A stretch of 63,986 nt of DNA, filler included, from Basidiobolus ranarum (taxonomy: Eukaryota): assembly GCA_040143965.1 (NCBI GenBank). It is 6 parts of 6 records of this genome, joined end to end, with 100 filler letters (N's around TTAATTAATTAA, not from the genome) between each part and the next. Parts side by side here need not be neighbours in the genome. Positions count along the whole stretch, not along the records: positions 1 to 10,616 come from JASJQH010007562.1; positions 10,717 to 21,330 come from JASJQH010007563.1; 4 more parts are not named here. One strand, written 5' to 3'. Below are positions 1-11,522 of the stretch, in pieces. The position numbers were made by a program, and so were the translations under genes. The notes under the pieces were generated by a model. It searched no databases and was not told the origin of the DNA. It saw only the letters and a list, made by a program, of their open reading frames with translations. Within the stretch, counting starts at the first letter, position 1. Each line of letters starts with the position of its first letter.

Positions 1-695
1 TGGAGTTGTCACAGGAGGGAGGGGAGTTTGGCTGGTGGGAGTAGTTACGGGAGGCTTTGAGGAAGGTGGTGGTGTTACTGGGGTGACGGAGGTTACTGAG
101 GTAACTGAAGTTACTGGGGGGACCGAAGTTACTGGAGGAACAGAGGTTACAGAAGGGGTTGGCGTTACTGAGGTTACTGGAGGAACAGAGGTCACTGGAG
201 GGACAGAAGTTACCGGAGGTACTGTAGTTGCTGGTGGTTTTGTAGTGACGGGTGGTTGATTAGTAGTTGTAATCGATGAAGTGGGAGAAGTGACAGGTAA
301 TTTACTACCTTCGGATGTTGGGGTAGTTACTATGGTCGGAGAGACAGAGGGCTGTGGAGTTGATGCAGGAGAGACTGAATTTGTACTTTTGTTAGATGGC
401 ATACTAGTTGTTACAGGTTTAGAGGCTACGGTGGACTTAGACTCACTTATAGGTGGTTGAGAATCAACTAAAATCCAAAGATGTTAGTTCAAGACCAGGA
501 GGAACATATGATAATTAAAGAAACTTACCACTTGGTTGTGGGGAAGTACCAGATTCTTGGGCAAACACTAGTTAAAAACATCAAGTTAGAAAATAACGCT
601 ACGGAGCGCAGATGGTAGTCAAAAGTAACAAAAGACCGATCATTACCAGTACTCAAAGTTAAAAGTGACAAAGCTGTCAAGCTCGAGAATTTCAT
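1..695 (-). CDS. Secreted Ser/Thr/Pro-rich (mucin-like/cell-wall) protein, 3' end outside window
   Basis: ATG at 695. Exons 695-647, 567-529 and 467-1 with GT-AG introns give the signal peptide MKFSSLTALSLLTLSTVFA, then QESGTSPQPSVDSQPP and tandem VTSVPP repeats. The + strand ORF 35-259 is its antisense shadow. Confidence 0.85.
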
Positions 696-2024
696 TTTTG
701 ATGAGCAGAAGAGTATTGATTGACGATGTATGATACGAGAGACTACAGGTCTGACTTATATAGGCTCGAAACATCTCTCTGTTTGACCATTGTAAATAAG
801 CCGCGAACTTAATTGGTACTACCGTATGGGACAAAGCCTATCTGGGGTGACTACTATTTTAGGGAAAGGAAATACGGTAACCAGAACACTAAGCCAAGCT
901 ATTTTTGTTTGGACTCATTTCCGTATGTAGGCGCATTTGGAAGATGATATGATTAGGATGAAATGCATCAATTAAGGCAGAAATCAAGCTATTCTTATCA
1001 GTATTAATAACTTTCAACAGTCGAATCAGGCTTGGAATGGAAACAACCAAATTCCACTTTCAATGACTAAACAAACCTTGAAACCATGTTTCGCTCAGTT
1101 CAGACACTCTGCAGGTTACAGTAAAATCCGTGATGCCAAGTCAAGTTGGCTGGATATACCACGGATATTCCTCCTTTTCGAACTAATTCAATAGAATCCA
1201 CCATTGTGGCCAATTTCGCTTGGTCACAATTCCAAATCATGGGTCTCCTTCACGAAAATTCAAGGGCTTTGTTGATTAGCCTCAATCGTGGGCCATGACT
1301 ACTCATGGATCACTTTCATTAAACATTGTACCAGTCCAGTGCAGTTGATCAGTTGCTCTCCCTTGACATTGCTCAAAGTTGGCATCGTCATATCAGAGTA
1401 TTTTTAGAACAATGGTCCAATCCTAAAATTAACTCCAAGATCTTAGCCTATGATCAAATACCCAGCAGAATCGATTGTTGCTTTTCTTTTCAATCAATCA
1501 AACGAGTTGTGATCTTAAACATGATGGAAGATCAGTTATGCAGGGGTATTGACAGCTCAGCCGAGGGTATCCTTCCCACTTTGACACCGGGAGGCTGCTT
1601 GCGGAGCGCCACACTGGAGGCCAGGTCAATTCACTCTGCAAAGAATTTTTGGCTTTCTAGTGAACAGTTTAGTTTCTATGGTATTTACACAGTTGACGAT
1701 ACTTCCCACACCTGCCATACAGTAGCATAGGGCCCCTATATAAGCAGGTATAGGAGGTACACAAGAGGAATGCAAAGAACAAGGAGTTCAAACAGGTAAT
1801 TTAGACTCTGGTAGATTTGTAATATATGTTTATTGCTTTGGAGACAGATTACTGATATCTGTTATCGTATATTTGTACAATAAATACCACTCTAACCTAT
1901 TAAAGAGGGAGTGATCCCATAGATACTAATATATATGAATGAAGAGAATGGATGGTTTGATATCTCGAGAGCTGCTTTAGAAGCTGAGCAAAATAAATCC
2001 CAACGTTGGGAAGTATCCAACTTA

Positions 2025-3426
2025 CTACACTGCGCGACTGGGGTTGATGGGGACAACCTCATCTTCATCCGCAGGTATGATCCCAGTCCAATCAATATGA
2101 CTATACAAAAGAGTAGAGCATATTAGTAATTCATAGCCAAAGAAATTGCTCAAATCCTATATGTACTACCTTCTAGGCCTAGGTCTCGAAATGAAATGAT
2201 AGCAGTTTGTCCAGATGCCTCCAAAGTCAAACGGATTGATGGTTTCGCGTGTGCTAACTGCTGAGCGAATCTGAAGGAATACGTAAACAAGATTGGCCAA
2301 TGTAGTAGTGAGAAACTTCAGTACATACCTGCTCGTGGGTAGTCATGTTTTTGGACACCAGGTATAGGTGGTACACAGTCAAACCACCTAGTGACCATTC
2401 AAATACAAAGGTATAAATGACAAGAACTAAAGTAAGAAGCGTTAAGGACATTCAATTACAATTCAGTTCTATGCAGCGATGGTTCAAATTTCAAATAAAA
2501 GGATATCTAACAGGGTTGGCCAGTATACTGTCCAAGAATGAGAAATTCTCTCCGATGGTTTCTTGATTAGACTTCATGTATAGTATCAAATGTGCAAGAC
2601 TAAAGCTAAATACATAGAAGCACAGCAAGGTTGCTGAAAGGATGAATGCAAAAAAGTAACGATAGTTTCTACGCCCAACACAGTTATTCAGCCAAATGCA
2701 ATGATGATCCTCGTTTTCTAAATCGGCGTGAAATTGTTAATCATGATTCGAATACTTTTGGATCCACAATTAAGTTGACGCTCCTACCTACACAATTGTC
2801 GCATTGTCGACAATGACTGCATCGTGGTGGTCGGTATATGCGACATGTGTCGCAATATTTCAGCTTGGTCACAATCCCGTTGACACGTACATCCCGTGGG
2901 ATAGGAAATGTTGGGTGATACATATATTGATTATCACCTTCCTCTTCCTCTGAGGAGTTTGGAGCGTGTCTCTCATGTTCAACTGGCGGAGTTGGATCGA
3001 GATTGCGAGGCAATATCTGATACGACAATTTTTGGTCATTAGAAAAATGAATGTAGAAAATACGAAGCAAAAATAAAGTTATTACTTACCCCAGGATCAG
3101 TCCAAGAAGTTTTAAACATGGAAAGGACACATATCAGATATATATAGGCAAATATGTATATTAAAGCTGGACTGATATTTATATACAAATAAGGGCAGCT
3201 AAGTGGAATTCACTTCAATTAGTCATCTGTAAATACCTTTAGGAGTTTTCGATATAAAATGTACTTACACGAAGACAGCAAAAAGAACTATAGGAGCGTG
3301 TAATAACAATAGAGTAACACCAAAAGCCCAGTGGTCCTTTCCGGTTACAATGTGCCCCCAAAGAAGGGTGCGACTCTTTCCCGGATAGATCTCATATATA
3401 TACTTTGGTTCTCGTTGAGCTTCCAT
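2025..3426 (-). CDS. ERF2: DHHC palmitoyltransferase, Erf2/ZDHHC9-like, multi-exon
   Basis: Spliced reading: MEAQREPKY...TSWTDPG|ILPRNL...[46 protein letters not shown]...[12 protein letters not shown]...NMTTHEQ|...NPFDFG...AV*. Contains the DPG, DHHC-CRD and TTxE motifs. Confidence 0.92.
2432..2506 (-). other. U12-type (minor spliceosome) AT-AC intron, 75 nt
   Basis: Minus strand reads AG|ATATCCTTTT...TGTCCTTAAC GCTTCTTAC|T TTA GTT. Removal restores the frame (NPVSLVLVIY). Retention hits an in-frame TGA. Confidence 0.92.
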
Positions 3427-5431
3427 CTTCGTGCCAGAAAGTTGTACAGAGGCTCTTGAGTAAACGCAAGAAGTTTATCAAATATAGAGGCGAATGATTA
3501 GTGTGTAAAGTGTTGCAGACCAGAGTAGGAGAGAAGAGATAATAAGAATGTATTAGCTCTCTTGCTCAAGTTTCGCTATTTTCACAACTCTCAGCCCACG
3601 AGGATTAATTAATAAGCGCTTTAAGGGGAGGGGGGAGGAATATAGTTATCCAGTTCCCAAATTGACAAAAGCTCCTTTCAATGGAATCCGTAATTTAATT
3701 AACCTAAAAATCTTCAGTATTAAATATCCCATTTTAATAGTTACCGATTCTAAATTTGGCCCCTCCATCATTACTTTGAGCTACAATCTCCCTAAACCCA
3801 GTAGGGGTAGCAGAATATTGGCTTGAAAGTACAGATCCATTTGGACTAACTAAAATTTTTATTCATGCGACTTACGCCTAGAATCAATATGACAACCAAG
3901 TTCTCAATACCTCACGATTCTCTATCAGCTGGTGCCCATCTCCGCCTCCGTTGCTCAGCAGGCAATCAAGATGAACGCAACCTCGATCGACTCTGTAGCA
4001 GCACCATTCTGCAAAGAGATCGTTATGGTCGTTGAGCCAGGATCTTCAATTAACATAGACATGTAGAAAAGAGCTGGACTCTCACAGCTGGCTCAACCCC
4101 TTTACAAATATCCCCCTAATAACTAAATTCGATGTAGATTGGTCATATATAACATTCCAAAACCCGTTGTAAAGATGAACTTAAAGCATGCATAGTGTAT
4201 GCAAGCATTCAGTTGAAGAAGGACTTGCCTACATGCGCACAATTTATAGGATGTGACGAAGCTGGTAACGATACAATGTAGTCCACATGGGATCATTAGC
4301 CTATTAGGATATCCTGAGGTGACGCATCTATCGGATCGAGCAATGTTGGAGGCCTCCGTGGCTATACGAAGAGAGTAACACCGACATAGTATCATACACG
4401 GGTTGGTGTTTTACAGGTTGAGCTTCTAACAATATCTCTGCTAAGACCTAGCGTATCAATCTTTCATCTTGCGCGATATCTGCATCGAATCAAGAAGAGT
4501 TCACGCAAACTGGTAATATGCATCATGAGGGCCTGTTCGCCCCAAAAAGGGACGTCTTGTGCTTCATTCTTGGTTCACCAAGAGTATCACGTTGGTTAAA
4601 CAGATGACTCAGAATTAGCGAAGCTCAACCACAACGGTTACTCTCGAATGTACTGATTTACTGCTTACGTACATCGGTAAGAGCATCAGATTCCCTGGAC
4701 TCGATTCAAGTGCTTAACCAGATTTCGTGCGGAACTATCAATCCAGAGACTTAACGCTTATTATGGCAAGTCAAACAAAATATCCTGGAGTGTGTTGTCC
4801 AGACGAAGAAACCAGCTGATTCAATCTTCTGTCGGGTGCCCACCGTTCGATCAGCCTCATCTGTATCACTGCGGCAAGGCATGCCTCTAACCCTCATGCA
4901 TTAGTAATCTGCCAAGCATCCAACTCGAACGACAAGAAACCCCATTGGATATTAGTTAACCCTTTTTCAGCCCATATCGCCTTTTATGGCCAACCACTCC
5001 ACACCTGTAACTCGAACACTTACTTCGACCATCACGAGTTTTCTGAGATATTCAATGTGTTTATATTGAGATAGTGTTCACTAGCGAGAAAATATTACGT
5101 TAAATTGCAACCTTTAAATTAATTAAATGAAAGATGGGGGAATTCAGATGAAGGGAAGTTGCCGCAACGTGGAAAGAGTTATCAAAACATACAAGAGATT
5201 GCGTTCTCAAATGGATAAAGTTGCCCGTAGCAAAAGTGGATGTAAAAAGGAAAGAAAAGAACTAACTACAAAGAGATATCAGGTTCATACACTGCAAAAA
5301 TATCCATTTAAAACCTCGAGTAAGGTGGCTTCGCATGTTAGCTTAAATTATATGAAAAGTGTAGGGAAAGATGAAGTGAGAAACAAATAAGGATCCGGCT
5401 TCATAAATATGAAGCTACGTTGACTTCTCCT

Positions 5432-6759
5432 CTATAGGAGCCCGCAGTCTCGCAAGTTAGTTTGGATAATAATATCATTCACAGCTGCCATTACAAACTT
5501 AATTTGGTCAGTGTCAGTGGCGCAGGTAAAGTGAGTGTATATTTGTTTGTTGTCCGAATGATTCAAAGCAACAAAGCGCTCCATAATATACCGGCAGGCC
5601 AATTCGTAGTTGCTCCCACCTAGTTTTTAATGTACATGTTAGGGTTATTGAAGCTAGAGCTCAAATGACACGAAATATCCTTACCTTCATAGTCTGGAAA
5701 GTAGCGATTGATCTGAGATATCTGAAGCTTCTCTTTAAATATATCAATCTTGTTTAAGAAAAGGATAATCGATGTCTTAACGAACCACCGAGAGTTGCAA
5801 ATTGAATCGAATAAAGTGAGTGCTTCTTGCATACGATTCTAGAATAGTAAAGTTTATCCGAGTTAGAGGTTATACAGCAAGCAGATTTTGTAATGAAGAG
5901 AATAATTACCACTGATTCATCTTCAATCAACGTCTGGTCATATTCGCTGATAGCCACCATAAACACAATAGCTGTAACGTTCTCGAAACAATGGATCCAT
6001 TTCTTACGCTCAGATCTTTGACCACCAACATCTAACATGCGGTATGTGAGATCACCTATACGGAACGTAGTTTCAGTAATACCAGTGGTTTTAACACGAG
6101 AGCGCAGTACATCTTGATCTGTAGGAGTGTAATCGGGAAGTGAGATGCGTTCTATCGAATCGAAATAGCTAGAGGTTTCAAGATAGTGTTAGCTCATCTT
6201 TGCTGATTATTCCGACATTGAGCTTAGTACACTTACTATTTTGCAGAGTCATTGAGTTGATACTCTCTAGATCTACGAAAGCATTCTAGAACGCCGTTAT
6301 CCTTCCATAAGGCTTTGATAGCATCGGCCACCTCTTGTACCAGAGTGTCTCCTTCAATTTGAGGAGGGAGTTCAAGAATCACATCAGCATGCATGACATT
6401 TTTTTCATCAGATAATGAAATATCCATTTTATGCATTGCCTCTAGGATCACTCTCATAGATTGTATAGCATTGGAGTAGACTATTTCTTTGTAAGACTCC
6501 CTCTCCTCCACACTATATCCACCTTCATGGATAAGTTTCATTTGCTTGAGAACTGTGCTCTTCCCGGACTCACCAGCGCCTAAATGATGCTTATTAGATA
6601 ATGCCCATGATAATATCTTTAACAATAATGATTCATTTTACCTAAAAGGAGCATCTTAACCTCATTCTTCTGAGAGACTCGGTCTTTTTTGAGTTGGTTC
6701 TCAATTTCATCATTTTTACGCCTTCCCTCCAAGTCGTCATGACTAACACAGCAGCCCAT
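5432..6759 (-). CDS. Heterotrimeric G-protein alpha subunit, class I (Gai-like)
   Basis: N-terminus MGCCVS; motifs [34 protein letters not shown] and TCAT; C-terminus [12 protein letters not shown] introns. Probable 5'UTR intron at ~6804-7022. Confidence 0.96.
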
Positions 6760-9700
6760 TATTAGCGTTTAGTTTATTTAAGCTTAAGAGAGAGTGTGTT
6801 ATCTATATAGGTAACGGAAGAATAAGAGTTGTTAGTATATTAATAAGTACTGTTGATGGAATGACAACAAAGTGTGTGAGGTAAGGGTGGGCAACGTGGT
6901 ATATCTTAGTAATAGTACAATAGTAAAGTGAAAACTAGAATTGAAGCAAATTTGTACCAAGAAGTATGGAAGAAATAGGTATCGTAAAATGATGTAGGAG
7001 TAAAGAAAGGAATAACAAATACCTGAAGGAAATCAAGTTTGTCTAAAGTTTGTGCTGTTTTTCAGTATTGAAGGTAAACTGCGGAGAAATTTGAAGTAAA
7101 GTCACGTAAACAAAGGGCCGACGAGAAACTTTCTCTCGACTTTAGGAAGTAGCTTTGTAAAGGAAGGAAAGTCAACGAGACTGAAGAAGTCGAGGAGATT
7201 GAACTTAAATGAGGAATTCAGAAGTTCATGAAACCTAAATAACAATGTCCCAAATGAACGGACTTATTCTAAATTTGGATTCTAGATCCCTCGATCCTCA
7301 GAGTAGGAAGATATCCAAGATATCATGGAAATTTCCACTTATCAGTTACTAAACAATCAATATTAAATAGTATTGATTACTTCATATGCCTGCATTTACT
7401 CTTTAAACTCTTTTGGCATAAATAAAGTTTGCCCTCCCGTAAGCCCAATTTGGAGATTGCCCCCCTCTCCGTTCCCGGTTGGCCCGTTTTGTAATTAGGT
7501 CAAAGATTTGACTTAATCTCTAGTTGGGAGCTATGAATTGTGTATTTGAAATTAATTGGGTTTGGGGCTATTTGCAAAGAGGTTACTGGATGACCTGCCC
7601 CATACGTTCCTTTCATTTCGCTCCACATTTTTTCTCACATTCTAGATGATGATTAAGCTACGTTGTAAAGATGGCATTCTGCGCAATATTGGGATTTAAT
7701 GTGCGGAAAATATAGGCTATTTTAACAAACGGCCTACAAGTGGAGAAATCAGGGGGACATCCACGGAGCGGATGAAACTATACTTATTTATAATATTGGA
7801 TCGAAGAAGCAGTCGAAAAATAGTGATGAGAATGCTTGTATCCGAAGCAGGAGACCAACGGATTTCTATTGCGTTTGGTTAGTTTGGTGGAGATCGAATG
7901 GCATTTGTTTGTCAAAGTGGAGATATCCCATTCCATGCACTCCACTTACATATATGCAAGATTCATATATATGCTCAACCCATTTCAGCCAACTTCGCGG
8001 ATCCTCGGCTTAAAAGTGAGTCTTTCAGAGCGAGCTAGTTCTATCTGCACTGTGGTTCTTTGTAGGCTAGAAGCCGGTCAGTATCGAGCTACTTTCTCAA
8101 GACGATCCATTACTCAGAGAGCTCACCTAAATATTACAAAAAGGTATATTCGTGTAACAGCATGCACTAAGTTGATATGATAAATATTACTGCGAGATTA
8201 TCGCTCCTTCAGGCTAACTAGCAAAATACCTGAAATATCATGACTGATACACAGTAGGTGTGTACTACCCTTAGAAGGAGATACCCCTTCTGATGATGAT
8301 ACTGCAATGCTGTTCATTTAGTAAATAGACCATCCATCCTCCCTTGCAGCATTCCTTTAGACATAATCCTATATCGCCTGCAACAACGAAGCAGGACTAG
8401 GTGTGGTTTTTTTATGGATTTGTAATCGAAGAGGAGAATCTAAAAATACGAGCCTATGTACTTGAGCTTCGGTGATTCTTAGAATCGACTCACAACCAGA
8501 ATAGAGCCAGTCACAGGCAAGTTATCTGTGCCACCATCAGCTATGAATCTGACTCCCGGCTGTCCTAATTAGTTTAATCACATGGGTAATCTGACCAGAC
8601 TAGCCATCCCTCGAGTTAGAAAGTAGCCTTAGCCCTTCCCCCACAGGGAATAGCCAATACTGAGCTACCACACCCCCATAAGTAGAGAAAGCGCTGCATC
8701 CGTATCTGGAGCACTAAGGCTAACTCAATGAGAGGTAGTGACCATCAAACCATTGGTTTTGAAAAACACGTGAATCAACCGCATGGATCCCGGTAATAAA
8801 TTCTCAGAATATATTCTTGCAAAGAAAATGCATCACTTTGGAGGTGTTCGATTGGCTGGTAGCCATCGTGACAACAGTGATCATCTGGGTAAATAAAATC
8901 TATCCCTTTCTCCACCATGGATCCTAGAACCTTAGCAGTGAATGGGCCCAACTAAAGTCTCATCAAACGGTTTTATTCTTTTGAGACAAGAGGACTTGAT
9001 TGAGACCAAAATTGTGAATTCTAGTCATTTGCCATATACAACGCCAAAATCAAACATTCCAAATTCCGTAATGCACGACCCAAGACCATGTACATTTACT
9101 TGATCTATTGAGGTGATCTTGGACAAATTGAACTAATACATGCATCAATGATGTCAACTCAGCCCTATTCTCTCCATCAGCTCTCAAGCACTCGATGTTG
9201 AAAGCATGGTCATTTTCAGGATTCTCTCGGAGAATAAGGGAGAGAAGAGCCGACACACTGAAATTGAATAAGCAGGCAACACACAGTTATGTCTGGGGTG
9301 CATATTGATTGTGGGATGGAGTTGTGTCCAAAGATCAGTGCTCCAGCAAAATAAGCGGGTGTTATGGCCATCTCATCTGGATACATAGCTAGGAGATTAC
9401 TGTTGTATCCGAAATAACTATCCATTCTTCAAAGAAGAGGATCCGTCCTAGGCCTGGTATCACTTGCCATACAGTACGTGCAACATTGTGAAAGCGCTCT
9501 TCTACTCTGGGTAGAGAACCATAGATCTCCGAGATGCTGCAATTGGTTTGGACTTTCTATAGCGCTGTAATGAATCATCCATGGCGCTCTTTCATTGCAA
9601 CGATTCCTTTTGCAACACCATTGATTTCCATGTTGAGGAATATGTTCAGGATCGATGATGCCATTTTCGCACAAAACCCAAGAAATGTTGAATAGCTTTA

Positions 9701-10616
9701 CGGCGTCCGACCTCATAGCCCAGTTGAAGAATCTTATATAGCCGGTGGGAGTGTTCTCATAAACTTTGAGTTGAGAAACGTGACTCAATCGAACAATCCT
9801 ATCAAACCCTGAATCATCATGTAGATTCAAGAATCGATATCGACTCCACATTTTATCAAGATTGATGATATTTGCCTTGGAATGCGTGTCCATTTGTAGA
9901 ATCTCCAGACATAGGCCCAGAGATCCCTTTAAGCAATCAGCCATAAAGGCGACAAGGTGCAATGGTAGTATGGAGGTGAATCGAATACATGTCTACCGGG
10001 GAATTTTGTTTCGTTGAAGCTGGGTCGAATCGCTAGATCGGCTACTGAACATCAGACATATATGATACGGTATAGTGGTTCATATAAAATACGCCTCATT
10101 GAATTGTACAACATTGCCTTGCTTGAGGTCTGACCCTTGTGAAACTTAATAAAAGCAATGGTGAGGGTGAATGGCAATTAACGAGCTGATGTGACTAATT
10201 TGCAGTGCTTTGGTCTTAGCTACGGAGTGCGTACAATGATCAATGAGATACATCTCATTGCAATATGATACGCCTATTGAGAACGGTGCAGCTAGTATAA
10301 TCAACTCGAATCTAAACGTGTTCCTATTCTCTCTTGCAGCCCATTAAAGAGTTAACAAGCATATGTCTGCTACCAATTACATCGGCTAAATGCCTCAATT
10401 GAGTATGTCTAGGATTTGCGTGGCTAGTCAAGACTTATTGCTACCATATAACTGTATCCAACGGTGCTTCAACCTGTGGTGTGAAATGCTGAGAGCTCAA
10501 GGAAATCATGACCTGTGATACACGTAGAGTTGATACTTGAGAGGCAAGAGGTCCAAGGTGGATCGTTGGTTTAGGAAATGAGGGGGGGGGGGGTTACTGC
10601 AAAGCCGGCGAACATT

Positions 10617-10716
10617 NNNNNNNNNNNNNNNNNNNNNNNNNNNNNNNNNNNNNNNNNNNNTTAATTAATTAANNNNNNNNNNNNNNNNNNNNNNNNNNNN
10701 NNNNNNNNNNNNNNNN
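10617..10716. other. Artificial contig spacer
   Basis: 44N + TTAATTAATTAA (stops in all six frames) + 44N. Confidence 0.98.
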
Positions 10717-11139
10717 CTGAGGTGGTTTCATTGCCTAAATTGGTACCAGAAGTTGTAGTGCCAATTTCCCATCTGAGGATATCCAATTGGATGAGATCTC
10801 TGCCTGATCAATACTCTCACACTAGCCAAAAGCAGCCTAGTGCTAATTTAGCCTTTCTAATGAGCCCAAATAAGTACAGGAGGCTATGGAGAGTCCCAAC
10901 ACAAAGTTTTGGAGTGCTACAATGGCAGAGGAGTATCAATCAACAAGTTTGATCAAATTGTCCTTAAATCACAAATTCAACATCAGAAGTGTTAACATAA
11001 AAGTAACAAAACATTTTATTAGAGACACTATGCATATGTAGTTTATTATCTTCACCTATTATTCTTTAGAAGATATGATAACAGGTATCTTATGCAAGCA
11101 ATATTCTAGGTAGAAATTTAAATAATTTAGACTTTCCTT

Positions 11140-11522
11140 ACAATTAATATATATGCCTAGTTAGCCTCATTATCAGTACTAGGAGAAGTTAGCTTAGCCT
11201 AACTTTGTATGTAGTTAAATGGTGATTAGTGCTTAGTAATTCCATAGTTCACAAAATCATTTTGCCCTACTCTGCTTTCAAATATTCTTAGAAAGCTTTT
11301 ACAGCTTAGTTCTTGGTACCTTGATTTCTAAATTTGAATTGGAAGCTCCAAACTTTTAACATTTGTCACTTTTACCTTCCTTTAAACACTCTACAGGCAT
11401 GATTCTACTCATCTAAACAAAATATAAATGACAATAGTTTACTTCTTAAGCAAATAAGTGACAAACATCAACTGTTCTAGATCCCCAATCCACTTAAAAC
11501 AAACTGTCAGAATACTTCATCA
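11140..11522 (+). repeat. Diverged LTR-like sequence related to copia LTR family A
   Basis: Blocks GGAAGCTCCAAACTTT, CAAAATATAAATGACAA and ACAAACTGTCAGAATACTTCATCA resemble family A LTR blocks in the same order, followed by a PBS-like GTTATC. The 5' boundary is uncertain. Confidence 0.45.

Noticed and set aside
1326-1730. 134-aa + strand ORF
   Set aside because: Non-ATG start and no recognisable motif
3880-5050. GC-richer intergenic stretch with weak transporter-like words (SPRVSRWL)
   Set aside because: No sustained frame or ordered motifs
8200-10616. Possible decayed gene or retroelement (ORFs 9050-9962; G-run at ~10582-10593 resembling a PPT)
   Set aside because: No recognisable domain in the frames examined; cannot be supported without a homology search
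10661-10672. Regularly spaced TTAATTAATTAA palindromes
   Set aside because: Synthetic six-frame-stop linker embedded in Ns
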